Source: Sphaerodactylus townsendi (lineage: Eukaryota). Taken from it: a stretch of 64,000 bases of DNA. Positions within the stretch are counted from its first letter, which is position 1; every line of letters begins with the position of its first letter. Below, in pieces: positions 42,164 to 55,898 of this stretch. Both the position numbers and the translations under genes were made by a program. A model generated the notes under the pieces. It was not told the origin of the DNA. It made no database searches and worked only from the letters and a program-made list of their open reading frames with translations. The stretch is from assembly GCF_021028975.2 (NCBI RefSeq), contig NC_059439.1, positions 39,680,001 through 39,744,000 on the forward strand. The letters run 5' to 3'.

Positions 42164-45100
42164 ATGGCGCCCGCCCACCCGCGCCTCTCGGCCCTCAGCG
42201 TGTTCCAGTGGGTGCTCACCTTCCTCTTCTTCGGTAGGACCAAGCGCGGGTGGGCAGGGCAGGCTGGCGAGGGACGCCGGTGTAGCGCTCGGGAGAAACC
42301 GGATCTGCTTTGTCAAATCACGGTATTTGGGGGGCGGGGGCGCCTTCCGAGGGTTCGGGATGCCCGTGGTCTGGTCTTGCATTCGTCCCCGAGTTTCTGG
42401 CAGTCCAGTTTTATTGCATATTTACTCTGTGTCCTCTGAGTTGTTTGCTTGAAATTACTTATCTGTTATGTGATGATTTTTATTTAAGTTTTATGCAAAA
42501 CATTTATTAGCCCCCTTTCTACCTTGTGGCACTCAAGATGGCTCACGACGTAAATAAAACAAGGATGGTTTAAAAAGACACACCTGAAAGAGCCCAAGGC
42601 CGAGTGGTGGTCTCTGCTTTCCAACTTTGCACTCCTCCTGGAGGCTCAAAGGGCAAAGGTGAATTATCAGAGAAACACCCGAAGTGAAGCTGCACCCCCC
42701 TCCCCCCCACCAGGAGTCCCCCCCACTGACGCTGCCTCCTCCGGCCTCTCCACAGGGATCTTCTTCACGAGTGTCCTGATTGGCCTGCTCTTCACCTCCT
42801 ACTGGTCTATCACAGTCCTTTACTGCACTTGGTGGATCATAGACTGGGAGACCCCGGAGCGAGGTGAGCCCCCCCCCCTTGCTGCCCGGAACCTGGAACG
42901 CTCCTCAAGCCAAGCCCAAGTCTGCACTGAGCCACACACCTGGCCTCCAGAGGGCTACTCCAAGCCACTCACTGGGGGGCCAGTCTGAGGGTGCCACTAG
43001 CTCTGGGGTTGGGGCTTCCTGTGCCCAGGGTACATTTTGTCAGGTGCCAGGTGTGACACCCACGAAGGTGCAGTTCTCAGGGGGCAGGCAGGTGGTTACA
43101 AAGGAGATCAGGCATGGGATGATGGGATGGAGTCCTGGTGAGCACCACTTCTGGCAAGAGAGCCGGGGGGGGGGCAGCTAGACAGGAGGACACGCACAGC
43201 TGCACAGTCAGGGGAAGAGTTCACGCAAGGCTAGGCAAGCTGGCGGGGCAGCCCTGATCTCTGTCGGGCACACCCAGGCCCCCCCATGAGCACAGGACTC
43301 TCTTGGAAACCTTTGGGGCCCAGTCCTGCCCTGCCCCCTCGAAGGTGCAGCTGAAAAGGTGGCTGATGGTGGGCCAGTGCCACTTGACTGCCCATGGGGG
43401 GGCTCACCACTGCAGGGGCTCGTCTCCCCTGGGGGCCCCCATTACTGTTAGTGCATCTGTGCTTCATGCTGGTGGGGGCTGTGACCCGAGACCAGCCTCC
43501 CCCTCCAGCCTTTTCCAGGGGGTGTGCTGATCCCTGGAGCTCTTCAGTCTGAAGGATCCCCGTCCTCTCCTTGGTCTTCCTCTGGGCTCTGCAGACTCTT
43601 GGGCGGCTGATCCTTTGGGCATCTCTCTGGCGTCACCTTTCTCTTCTCCCTGCCCCCGCATGCTCTGTGTAATGCTTCATGCATCCAGCAACTGGTTTCT
43701 GGTCCACAAAAGCTCCCATCTGACAGAAGGAACATGTGGGTCACAGAGCAGCAGTGGCGTAGTGGTTAAGAGCAGGTGCATTCTAATCTGGAGGAACCGG
43801 GTTTGATTCCCTGCTCTGCCACCTGAGCTGTGGAGGTTTATCTGGGGAATTCAGATTAGCCTGGGCACTCCCACACACGCCAGCTGGGTGACCTTGGGCT
43901 AGTCACAGCTTCTCGGAGCTCCCTCAGCCCCACCCACCTCACAGGGTGTTTGTTGTGAGGGGGGAAGGGCAAGGAGATTGTCAGCCCCTTTGAGTCTCCT
44001 GCAGGAGAGAAAGGGGGGATATAAATCCAAACTCTTCTTCTTCTTCTTCTACGACTTGATCGGGCCAAGGGCATCTAACAGGCCCACCAGGCACGAAGCC
44101 CTGGACAGAGTCCCGCCCCCTGGCTCGGATCTACCACTGACCCAACAGCACCCAAGTTTTGAGCATCAGTCTCCCGCCCTCATCCAACCTCCAAAGGCAG
44201 CTGCCCGGTGCTTCCGCTGCCTCTGCTGACTCCGGTGTGTCAGCAGCTAACAGGAAGGGGCTGAAGTGCCCCCCTCCCCAGATCAACGGGAGACTCCTTT
44301 GCTTGCGTTCTCTACTTTGGAACATCAGAAGCAGAAGCCTGCTGGATCAGGCCCCAGAGGATCCATCTAATTCAGTATCAGAGCAGGTGCTCGGGAACAG
44401 CAGCAGCAGCAGCAGAAGGCCATTGCTTTCACATCCTGCATGTGAGCTCCCAAAGGCATCTGGTGGGCCACTGCAAGTAGCACTAGATCCAGCAGGTTCT
44501 TTCGTATGTTCTTATCGTGTCTCATACAGCAGCCAAAAGAGCTGCCCTAGAAGTCCAACTACAGGCACTGAGGCCGAGGCCTTCCCCTGCTGTTAATTCA
44601 TAGCACTGGAATTCAGAGGTTGACTGCCTCTGACCACGGAGATTGAAGACCTCACCTCTGTCCCCCATGCAGCCCTTGGTCAGGCTCCTTCTGCCCCAAA
44701 GAGCCATTCGCACTCAGGGCTCTGCCATCGCCCGGGTGGGGGCACATTCTCAGCCACCCCCCTGCTGTGCTTTGGAGTGTGGCCCAAAACTGTCAACTCA
44801 CAGCTGCCTTCAGTCCAGCTGTTTCATCTGGAACGGCATGCATCTGCCCAGATGTTTTGTTGTGGTCTAGATCAAGGCTAGGGAGATGCTGACAGATGAG
44901 CACCCACTCCTTGGCTAGAAGATAAGGGAGAATATTGCAGTTAGTAGCATCAGTAATCAGCAGTATTTTAATCTGAAATAAAACGTGCATGCTGTTTTCA
45001 GCTGAAGGCAAAGCTATCTTGTATTATACAGCATAAACTGCATAAGCGATCCCTAAAAGCTGTTCTCAAACACGGCAACCAAGGACGTAGGTAAGGGGGG

Positions 45101-48073
45101 GTTTCTCGGGTTCAACCCCCCCATTACATGTCCGAAGTTCCGCCCCCTTTGTGTCTTTTGGTATTTTTAAGGTTTTTTGTTTTGGCCTGCAGAGGGTGCA
45201 GTTTTTAGGCTAGCAGCACCAAACTTTCAGGGATGTTTTGGGAGGCTTGCCTTATGATACCACCCAGGGTTGGTGAGGTTTGGTTCAGGGGGTCCAAAGT
45301 TATGGACTCCCAAAAAGGGTGCCCCATCCCCCATTGTTTCCAATGGGAGCTAATAGAAGATGGGAGCTACACCTTTGAGGGTCCATAACTTTGGACCCCC
45401 TGAACCAAACTTCACCAAACCTGGGTGGTATCATCAGGAGTGTCTCCTATACTCTGAAGGTTTGGTGCTGCTAGCTTAACAATTGCACCCCTGACAGCAG
45501 CACCCACCAAATTTCCCCAGATTCTCCTTTTAAATCCACCCCCTTTGGCATGAATTTAAAGGGAGAATCTGAAGTCCCCAGTTTAAACATTGAAAGTGAT
45601 GCTGTTTCAGGGTAGGAGAGAATCCACCCCCAAACAGCATCACTTTCAATGTTGTTTTAACTGGGGACCCCAGATTCTTCCTTTAAGGTGGATTTAAAAG
45701 GAGAATCTGGGGTTTCGAAGTTTAAACACCATATTAAGTGAATGCTGTTTGGGGGGTGGACTTCCAGCATCACAGCGGCTGCCCATGGGGGGGGGGCACA
45801 AAACTCAGATTTTGCACTGGGATCCATTTTCCCTAGCTACGCCTCTGCCCAGAGGGGAGGGCAGAAGGGGCTGCCGGCTGGGAGCCCAGCTGGTGGGGGG
45901 GGGCGAGGGAGGGCGTGGCAGGGGAGTCTGCCGTCCCGGCCTCAGAGATCTGCTTTTATAAGCACTGAGGCAAAGGGTGGGACTGGGGAGGCATGGCCAC
46001 ACCCCCAGGGGCGGGTGAGGGCGTGGCCCTCCCCCAGAACCCCCCCATAAAAATCTATACCTACGTCCCTGACGGCAAGGACCGAGTCAAGAAGGAAGGC
46101 AGGATTCCCAAGGGAAAGGATGGCATCTTTAACCCCCCCCCCTTTGCTCTGCAGGTGGCCGCCGCTGTGAATGGATGCGGAGGTGGCGGCTGTGGCGGCT
46201 GCACCGAGATTATTTCCCCATCAAGGTAGGAGGAGGGGAGACAGTCACCTGCTTGGCTCCGTTGTGGACATAACACCGGGGTGCTCCTTTCCTGGGGCTG
46301 GAGCAAACCCAGAAGGGACGGGCCATTCTCCCATTGGACAAGCCGTCTGCACTCAGTGGAGGAGGGGCGCTTATGAAGGGAGTTTTGCTGATTGCCTGGC
46401 CAAAAAGAATAAGGGGGTGGGGAGAGACCCCAAATGGCTGCCAGCAAGGGAGGCCCTGGGGAGATCTGGGAAAGCCTTGAGTCTCTGGTGTGGCCGATGG
46501 CAAAACTAGATCCTGACACACCTGGGGGTGGGAGGGGCACTCTGTGTGGCCAGTCCGCCAGGCCTTCTCTCGTTCTGTGTTGCAGCTGGTGAAGACGGCT
46601 GAGCTGCCCCCCACCCGGAACTACGTACTGGGCTCCCACCCCCACGGCATCATCTGTGCGGGGGCCTTCTCTACCTTCTGCACAGAGGCGACCGGCTTCT
46701 CTCAAACCTTCCCGGGCCTCAAGTCACACCTCTGTCTCCTCAGTGGGCTCTTCCACCTGCCCGTGTACCGCGAATACATGATGAGCTCAGGTAGGTCGTG
46801 TCACTGGGAGGGCCCAGGCTGGCCCGGCATGCAGGAGGTTCCCGTTCCTCTTCAGGGGCCATTCCTCTGGGTCTGGGCGAATGGGGGAACCTCTCTCCAC
46901 TCAGGGGGAGCTGCCGCCACCAGCCAAAGGGGACGGGGCCATCTGGGAAATACCACCGGCTGACCTCTACATGAGCCACTCCATGTGGGCAGAAGTCCGT
47001 GGGAGGAGGGAGGACTCCCCTGAGGGCAAGAAGGGGCGTGCCGCCACCCACTGCCAGGGTCACCCAGCCCCCAACATGGCATCTGCAGAGCAGCCGTGTC
47101 TTTGCGGTGTCTGTGGTCCTCCAGACTACCTGGAGCACCTGACAAGAAGAGAACTGAAGCGCTGTCCTTCCACTTGCAGGCCGCTTGAGCACGTGGGAGG
47201 GGGCTTGCAAACAGCCTGGGTGAGGGAGTCCAGCTGCAGTCTGACGGGCCAGCCCCACGCAGAAGGCACGGCAGTAGTCCATGCGCCGCCGTCGCCAAGT
47301 CACGCGTCACTGGGGATAGGGCTTGCGCGACCGTGGCCGCCGCCTCCCGTACTTGCCTTTCTCTGCTTCCAGGCATGGTCCCGGTCAGCAAACGGTCTCT
47401 GGACTTCGTCCTGCGGGGGGGCCCGGGTCACGCCGTGATCATCGTGGTGGGCGGCGCAGCGGAGTCGCTGGGCGGCGCCCCCGGGGAGCACCGGGTCGTT
47501 CTGAGGGGGAGGCGCGGCTTCGTGCGGTTGGCGCTGCAGCACGGGTAGGAGCCTGGCCGGCGGCGGGGCAGGGGGCAGCCTCCCAAGCCAAGGGTCTGGC
47601 CGGCCTCCGCCCGCCTGACCTGCTCTTTCCCCTCCCCGCCCCCAGGGCCGACCTGGTGCCGGTGTATTCCTTCGGAGAGACCGACATCTTCCGACAACTG
47701 CAGTTCGCGGAGGGCAGCCGCGCCCGCCGCCTCCAGCAGGCCTTCAAGGAGCGCGTCGGCTTCGCGCCCTGCCTCTTCCGCGGGAGCTCCTGGGGACTCC
47801 TGCCCTTCGCCGCCCCCATCACCGTCGTGGGTACGAAGGGGGCGGGGCTAGGCGGGGACGCGGCTCGCCCTCCTCTCGGCCCCGCCCCGAAGCCCACCCC
47901 TGTCTCCTGTCTCCGCAGTGGGAGCGCCCATCCCGGTGCCGCGCCGCCAGTCGCCCACGGAGGAGGAGGTCGCTCACTACCACCGGCTCTACGTGGCCGC
48001 CCTGCGCTCCCTCTTCGAGGCCCACAAAGGCCAGTGCGGCCTCGCCCCCTCGGCGGAGCTCGTCATCGCGTAG
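42164..48073 (+). CDS. MOGAT3: Monoacylglycerol O-acyltransferase 3, 7 exons, 321 aa
   Basis: Exons 42164-42233, 42756-42863, 46155-46225, 46586-46790, 47373-47544, 47646-47830, 47919-48073 sum to 966 nt. LVKTAELPPTRNYVLGSHPHG, SLDFVL, PGEH, SWGLLPFAAPIT and PTEEEV.HYH match MOGAT3. Lies next to NAT16, as in human. AATAAA at 48088-48093. Confidence 0.92.
43746..44050 (+). mobile_element. tRNA-derived SINE (Squam3-like)
   Basis: GTGGCGTAGTGGTTAAGAGC...GGTTTGATTCC...(TTC)n. Confidence 0.85.
45080..45847. mobile_element. Non-autonomous DNA transposon related to 30686-31891
   Basis: Termini CAAGGACGTAG / CTACGCCTCTG; ~50-bp internal inverted repeat (about 45256-45307 vs 45381-45432); no clear TSD. 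Confidence 0.7.
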
Positions 48074-50947
48074 CCCCCCCCTCCCTCAATAAAGACTCTC
48101 CTGGGAAGGACGCCTCTCTGCTCTGCGCCTCTACAAGGATCGTGGGGGCTCCTGCCCAAGTGGGGGCGACCCTGTGGCTGGCCAGTGGTCACTTTTGCCC
48201 GGCAGGGGAAGAGAGGGACACGTCAGAAGTGCCGGAAGCTGGACGGGGAGGGGGCTGCGGATGCTCTGAGACCACCCCATGGCTTCAGGCCTTCTCTTGC
48301 CGCTGGGGCTCTGCTGCCCTCTGCTGCCTCCAAGTCTTGGCTTTCCCCGTCGCTGGGATTCGATCCCTCAATCTCCTGGTTACTAGCCACAGTGCGCCTC
48401 TGCCCTTCTCCGCTGGAGCCTCGCCGACCTCCTTGCAGGTCCCGGGCAGGTGGGCCAGACACGACGGGGGGGGGGGCAGCCACGAGGGTAGAAGGAGATC
48501 CACACACACACACACAGACACACAGACACACAGCGGTGCAAGTAAAAGGGGAGGTATCCTCCTAGCAGCAGGACTCCTGCCCTGCACGGGCCTGTCATGA
48601 CCTCCGGCCTCCCCATCTGGCGGGCGCCTCTTTCCTGCTCCCAAGAGACTCCCTCTGAATGAGCTGGGGGGGGCACTTCCCCCCTCCTGTTCTCAATGAG
48701 GCGCTTGTACTGGACGGGGCTAATGAGCTGGTGGGTGGCCAGAGCGCGAAGGGCGCCGCGCCTCGACGGCCAAGTAGCTGGGCCCACTGCCAGGCAGCCC
48801 GAGACTGAGGCAACCTTTGGAGAGCAAAGGGCGGCCCGAACACTGCGCTGAGGAGGGTCCAACACAGCGTGAGGGGTCAAAGCATGTAGGGAGAGGTTTC
48901 ACCTCCACCCCCCCTTATGGCCGCCCACTTTCTGCTATGGAGTTAGGCTGGGGACCCCGCGCCCTCGTCCCAGGGGGTGAAACAACGCAGTGTTTCAGGA
49001 GCCCTGGGATTTATATCTCAGCCATTTTCCAATCCATTGTTCCATTCTTTAGGGGGAAGCTCACATGGTTGACATGAGCAACGCTGGTCTTAGGATGCTG
49101 TTAGGCCTTTTCCTTCACTTTGCCACATAGAACAACCCTGCTTTTCAGAAATCCCAGCAGGGCCCAGTGGCAGCAGGAATGCCAAACACCATCAATCCCA
49201 GCTTGATCTTTCCTGAGCCCGAGCACCTCCCCCTCCCCCTTCCCACCCCCAAAGGCCTTTTGCAGGGCTCTGCTTTTGAGAGCTCTTTCAAACATCACTT
49301 GGGTCACAATATGGCAGCCTGGCCATTGAGGTGCAGCAGGAGGGTTAGGAACTCCAGCTTCAGATACCAGGGTCTGCACCTCATCAGTTCTTCGTCAGCA
49401 TGGCCAATTGGCCATGCTGGTAGCTGGGATGGGAATTGTGTAGTTCCTGAACATCTGAGAGCTCTAGGTTCCCACCCCCGGGCTAGAAGATTTGGTGTTT
49501 ATACTCCTCACCCTCTTCACTTCCAAGGTCTCAAAGTTACTCCCTACTGCCTCCCACTCCTCTCCCTGCAACAGTGAGCTTCTCTCCCTGTGAAGTGAGG
49601 CTCTAAGTGATGTGTTTGGTCCCAGGTTGCCTGTGCAGGCTTCAAGGGGAGGCTCTGCCTGCTCTGTTGACCGAGTCGTGCCCCACTCAGGAAGGGGAAA
49701 GCTGGGACTCTGTGGCAAGAACAGTGACCCCCCAGGCTCCAAAAAACTGGTCCCTGAGTCCCAGCACGGCTCTTCTGAGGGGGATCTTCCTGAGGAGCTC
49801 CAGCCTGAGCCTCACTCCCTCGTGGGTCGGGTCTTCTGCTACTTGCATAGGGACAAGGGGGGGGAATCCATGGGTGCAGAAACCTTCATCCCACTGCACC
49901 CAGCTTGTCCCTCCCTAAACATAGCTCATTCCACACATGTAGAATAATGCACTTTCAAACCCAATTTTCACAACTGTTTTACCAAGTAGATTTTTACCCA
50001 TTCAAGACAGCTTCAAAGAGCACTGAAAGCAGTTTGAAAGTGCATTATTCTGCATGTGCGGAATGAGCCAAAGATATCTTGAAGAGTATGGAAGTGGGGT
50101 GGAGTGGTGAGTATTGATTGCAAGCAAGAGAAGAAAAGGCCCCAGGAGAGGAGAGGGAGCCAGTCAGCTGCAAGAGACCCTGGGAAAGCAGCCTCCAGCA
50201 GAGAGGCCTGGAGAGGATCTGCTCTAGGAATCTGCCTTTCTTCCCCCTGGGGCAGGAACCAGCTCAGTCCTCCCCAACAGAGGTCAAGTGGTTCCAGCAG
50301 AAGCCAGAGCCAGAAAGTAGAACAGGCAGAAACCACCAGAAGGGCCTGGAGAATGCGGGTGGGGGGGGGGGGAGAGGAAGCCGGGCAAGAGTTCCACCCA
50401 ACACCAGGGCTGCCAAAAGGGATCTGGCTGACATGGAGGAGGAGAAGGAGGAGGAGGAGAAGGAGGAGGAGATGCAGAGAGGAAGAAAGCCAGGAAGAGC
50501 TGGGACTCTGTGGCAGAACAGTGACCCCAGGCCCAAAACTGGGGCCCACAGGCAGAGTCTGGGGGGGGGGGGAGTGAGTACAAACTGAAGGGAAGTGGCT
50601 GTTCCGGAAGAGAAGGTGAAGAAGCGAGAAGAGGTGGAATTATGCAGCAGAGAAGATAACGGGAACAGGTGCTGATGAATGACTAGGGAAGCTGCCCCCT
50701 GGGTGATGGGTGGGGGGGGGGTCCCTTTGCCGCCTGAAGGTTGGATGGAAACTAGAGGGCTGGGGGTGGGCATGAAGCTGGAGCCCGAGATGCTTATTCT
50801 AGGGCGGATTGCTGGGATGGCTCCAGAGTCCCTATCAGAGCCGGGGGGGGGGGGGCGGGCGAAGAAAGACAGGCAGGACCGTCACAGCGGGCATCGGAGT
50901 GGGGGGTGGCGGCTGGGAGCATCTTGCTTCCTGGGAATGCCTGGCAT

Positions 50948-51256
50948 GAAGAAGAAGAGAAGAAGAGTTTGGATTTATATCCCCCCTTTCTCTCCTGCAG
51001 GAGACTCAAAGGGGCTGACAATCTCCTTGCCCTTCCCCCCTCACAACAAACACCCTGTGAGGTGCCAAGATTTGGGGCTGAGAAGGAGACCTGAGAAGCT
51101 GTGGACTAGCCCAAGGTCACCCAGCTGGCGTGTGTGGGAGTGCACAGGCTAATCTGAATTCCCCAGATAAGCCTCCACAGCTCAGGCGGCAGAGCTGGGA
51201 ATCAAACCCGGCTCCTCCAGATTAGATACACGAGCTCTTAACCTCCTACGCCACTG
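50948..51256 (-). mobile_element. tRNA-derived SINE (Squam3-like)
   Basis: Reverse complement of the same SINE, starting with the (GAA)n tail. Confidence 0.85.
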
Positions 51257-51899
51257 GCTCGCCCAAGGCCGATCGCGTGTTTATACCTCACCTTTCTTCA
51301 CCTCCAAAGGGTCTCAAAGCCACTCCCAATTGCCTCCCACTCCCTTCCCTGCAACAGGCGCCTTCCTTGTGAAGTGAGGCCGAGTGAGTGTTTGGTCCCA
51401 GGTTGCCCAGCAGGCTTCAAGGGGTCCATCACTGGCTCGCCCAAGGCCGATTGCGGCAGGGCAGGATCCGGGGGTCACTTGCGGCCTGCTGGTGGCTCTT
51501 CCACACGTTTGCAGTGGGGGGGAGGGGGCGGCAGGGGGCGTTACAGAATCCCCCTTACCAGCTGCCAGGACGGCCTCGCGGGACTCACTCTGGGGTCTGC
51601 ATGCATGCCAGCCTTCTTGGCTGCGGGGATCACGTGTGCCCAGCAGAGGTGGGAGGGCGCAGCCCCCGCGTCCTTGGAACCTCCTGCCCCGTCCACGCCT
51701 GCTGCGATCCTCCGGCGACCTTCTGGGGGGGGGGGGGCTGCAGAGCATGCCGCCACTCCCCCGTCCAGGAAAGAGCGATTGTGCCGCACCTGCTGGTTGG
51801 GCGCTCGCCGGGGATGCGTTTGTTGGCCGCCTGCTGGCTTCGTGGGGAGTTGGCAGGATGGCCACGGGGCCCATCGGTGGTCCCTCCACAGTTCCCAGG

Positions 51900-52700
51900 G
51901 ATTCCAGGCCCGGCTGAGCTGGGGGGGCGGGCGTAGGTGTTTCCAGGCTGCGGCGCGCGGGGGGGGGGACTTGTCGTGGGGAGGGCTTTGGGTATGCGGT
52001 TGGCTGGGGCTCCGTCGGTGCCGCAGTACGGAGAGCGGCGGTCCTGGTGCTGGCAGGCTGGCGTGTATGAACAGGTGCCAATGCGTGTCAGGCGCGGAAG
52101 ATGCGGGTGGCGGGTTACGTAAGCGGCGGCCGGGCGGGGGGGGGGGCTGCGCTTGTGGGGCTTCCAGCGGGGGTGGGGGCTGCGCTCTCCCTCTGCCGTG
52201 TCCCCGAGCGCCCCGGCCTGGCCTGGCCTGGCCTGGCCTGGCCTCCATTCGCTCCCCCATCACGGCCGCGGGACGCAAAAGAATAGGATGGCGCCCCTCC
52301 CGCAGGCGCTGGGGGTGTGGCCACGGGGAAAGGCGGGGCTTCCGTGCATCTTTATCCCGGGAGCTCCCCAGGCTCGCATCTGACCTGGCAGAAGCAGAAC
52401 GCGGCGGAGAGCGCAGCGCCAGGCGCAACCGCTCCGCCACCCCGCCGCCGTCGCTCCACACAGCAGGTAGGCGAGCCGGGACTGCCCCCTCCCGCCGCCC
52501 CCTTTCCTTGGGGCAGCCCGCAAACGCTCCATGGGGGGGGGGGGTCCGGCAGTCTCCTTCCAGGCCCTTGGCCCGGGCCATGGCGCATGTTGACGCCGGG
52601 GGTGGGGGCTGCCTGGGAGCCGTGAAGGAAGACGAGGCTAGGGAGGAGCCCGTCCGTCCCCCCACCCCGGTCTGGTGTCCTGTCCCACCCGCGGCCGAAA
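51900..52700 (+). promoter_or_regulatory. CpG island, probable promoter and non-coding exon 1 of NAT16
   Basis: CpG-dense and non-coding, with donor CAG|GTAGGC at 52466/52467. The NAT16 ATG exon is preceded by an acceptor, so an upstream exon is required. Confidence 0.5.
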
Positions 52701-55700
52701 AACCTCTGCCTCCATCCGGAAAAGATAAAAGCGCACAACGCGCCCTCTCCGGTGTCCTTCCCTCTCCTTGCTATGACGTGGGCGGGTGGGGGGGGGGCTC
52801 CCCATCTGTCCATTTCCCCATCTTTCTTCTGCTGCCGAGTGCCGTCCTCAGTTTCCAGCCAGGGGGATAATATCCGGCCCCTCTCCTAAAATGACTCCCA
52901 TCTCCTTCACCACCACCCCCCAAAAAAGCCCCAGCCACCCCGGGAAGCAGAGCAAGAAGCAGTTTCGGCCATTCGTCCTGGCTAACGGGGGGGCGGGCGG
53001 GCGCCGTCTGCTCCAACCTTCTATTTCTAGGTCTGGGCATGTGACTGAGCGGGGGGGAGGGGGAGGATGACGAAGGTGCCCATCCTCGGCACCTTCACAT
53101 CGGGGTGGATGGGGGGGGGGGGACCGGCGCCACCTGCTTCGTGTGAAATGGGTCCGGCGAGAAGGAGGGATTGGTTGTGGCCCCTCCCCTTCCTGTGGGG
53201 TGGGCAGATTTTAATCCCCCTCCCGGAGGATCTGTGTCGCTGAACAGGTCCATGCTGAGCTGGGGGAGGGAAGCGGCAGAATCGGAGGGGGGGGAGAGTG
53301 TTTGAGAGATTTGTTACACTCTTTTCTCCCTCCACACACACACACATACCACCTTGGTATGAGGAAGGGGCTTTTGACCAGTGACTTTCTCAACTGATGA
53401 TGGACCCAGATGGGTGCTCCCTGGGGGCCTAGTCTGTTGGCTTTGGGGGGGGGGGGGGGTCTTGCCGGTGCTAACCCTCCCCCTCAAAAAAAACCCTGGA
53501 TTCTCAACCCCTTTGCTATTCTTGCTGAATGGTGGTGGTGGGGGAACTCTCTTTTGAGTCCTTGGATGAAAGGAGCAGAGAAAAGGAGGGGGGGGATGAC
53601 AAACCCTAGCAAGCCAGAAGACAATTTGGTGTGTGTTTGGAGGGGGGAGTTCTTCCATGAGGATTTGAGATGAGAAGGGTCCCTGCCCCTCCCTCATCTT
53701 TGGCTCCGCCTTTCTGTCCTAAACCCCTCCCAACTGCCTAAGTGGGACACCTCCGGTGGGAGGTGCTTGTGCAGACATTCCCCACAGACACACACTCACA
53801 CACCCCATGACAGGCAGGTGCCTCAGACTGGCATCTCTCTGCCCCAGGCCTGGGCATCAGAAAGGGGCCGCAGCACTGAGGGTGTGGCTCGTGGGCCCTT
53901 GAGGCTGGCAGACGGACCAGCTACAACCACGGCCTCCCTCTCTGGCCACTCAGAAGTTCAGCCAGAGGACCCCTCTCAGCAGCTGAGCCCTCACCTTGAC
54001 AGAGGCGGCTGCCCTCCCAAAGCCCACCTGCAGCAGCACAACCTGGAGAAAATCTGTACAGCTGTAGATTGCTCCTGTCGGTTCTGCCCCATGTAGACCA
54101 GGGGAGTCATTCCCGGGGTGGGGGGGGGCTCCTCTTCTTTCACCCCTGTCTGTGTCCAACACCACAGTAGCCCTGGGAGTCTCTCTACTCCTCTGTCAAA
54201 TCAATCCTCTCTTTCACTGTATGAACCACCGTCTGTGAGCCCCCTTCTCCCTCCCCCTTTACCTGGGGTTGGCTCATGAATTACAGCCAGGCAGGAGAGG
54301 GGTGTCCTCACTTTCACCCCCCTCTCTCTCTGTCACACACACACACTCTCTCTCACACACACACACACACCACGGTGTCTGCACAGACCAGGAAGCTGCA
54401 GGTCTCTTCAGTCCCCAGCAGGCACGAGTTGCCCACCCCTCTTGTGACCCCTGCCCTCTCCCCTGCTATTGCTTGACTTATTTGGTGGCCGAGTTCATCC
54501 ACTATGAGCGGGAGATTCCTCTGGGGTGGGGGTGGTCAGGCGAGGGCTGTTGCACACCCAGGACTGCTTTGAGCCAGTAATACTTGGGGAGCAAGTGGGG
54601 AGCAAGCAGGAGCCTGGGGGCCACCCAACTCCCTTCGAAGGAAACCCCCAACCTCCTCTAGGATGTATCAAGACGAGTCTTCCCAGCCTCCCAACACAGA
54701 GCGTGAAAGGATGAATCCTGCCACGCTCAAGGCATCTTCTGGCCACGACAGGTCACAAGCACAGCAGATAGCAAGGAAGGGAAAGGCTCCAGGGGTGGGG
54801 GGTCAGCCGGGGGAGGTGTGGGGGGGTGAGGGGTTGTCAGTGCCTTTGGAGCATCTGGCCACCTTCCCAGCACCCTCCCCAGGGTGCCAACACTCTCCCA
54901 GAACCCTTGAGTTGGAAGGGGTCACTCAAGCCATGGAGTCCAATTGGCCATGCTGGCAGGGGCTGATGGGAATTGTAGTCCATGAACATCCGGAGTGCCA
55001 TAGGTTCGCCACCACTGGCGTAGAGCATCCCTGATTCATCCAGCCACTGGCCAAAGGCTGCCCCTTCCCCTGCCTTTGGCTTGCCGGGCCACTAAGAACT
55101 CGATTGCCAGAAAGAGGTTCCGGGGCCCTTGGATACCTCAGGGCAACTCCTTAATCCCTTCACTCCAAAAGACTGAAGATGGGCTGGGGCCATTCTGCAA
55201 GGCTTGTCAGCTTTCTGTGCATGAGCAGAAGCACTCCTGCTCTGCTCATGCACCCCCTGCTCCTGACATGGGAACATGGCTCAGATTCCCCCCTTGTCCC
55301 CGCCCCCTTCTACAGCTGCCACTCAGTGGGAACATTTGAGGCTCCACTCCAGGGCGGTGTCATGTTCCCCACTCCCTTCCCAGCCTGAGGCCTCAGTTCC
55401 GCAAGACAATTGATAGAATATTTATGGCCAGTCGCTGGGAGACTCAAGGCCGAGATGCTCAGGTGTCAGACATCAGAGAAGGGGACCAGGGCGTCCAACT
55501 GTGGGGGTGGGGTGGGGGCCTTTAATTTCCAGAGCGTTCCTTAGGCCCCTTCTGGCAGAACGCCACCCCTCCCTTTCATTTTTGCCTGGTTTGGCCTCTC
55601 CGGTCCATCCATGGAAGCCCACCAATCGTGGATGAAAAAGCACAAGCGGCGGCAGGTTTAGCTCTCAGAAGCAAAGCACGGCTGCCGGGCACAGATGAGC

Positions 55701-55821
55701 ATTTGGGGGGGAGATCTGTGGTTGCCACACAGAGGCGGACATTGGCCCAACCACCTCTCCACCTGTTGCTCTGAAAGCCCCTTGGTAGCGTTGCCATCAG
55801 TTGGCTCTGATGTGATGGCCC

Positions 55822-55823
<2 letters not shown>

Positions 55824-55877
<54 letters not shown>

Positions 55878-55898
55878 CACACGTACACACACACACAC
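55824..55898. repeat. (CA)n microsatellite
   Basis: Directly visible. Confidence 0.95.

Noticed and set aside
40897-42439. Overlapping 265-347 aa ORFs
   Set aside because: CpG-island artefacts; only 42164-42233 is coding.
47323-48600. 425-aa ORF
   Set aside because: Chance read-through of GC-rich MOGAT3 introns; only exon 6 is in the true frame.
51314-52870. 498-, 374- and 255-aa ORFs
   Set aside because: Stop-poor CpG island, low complexity, no homology recognised.
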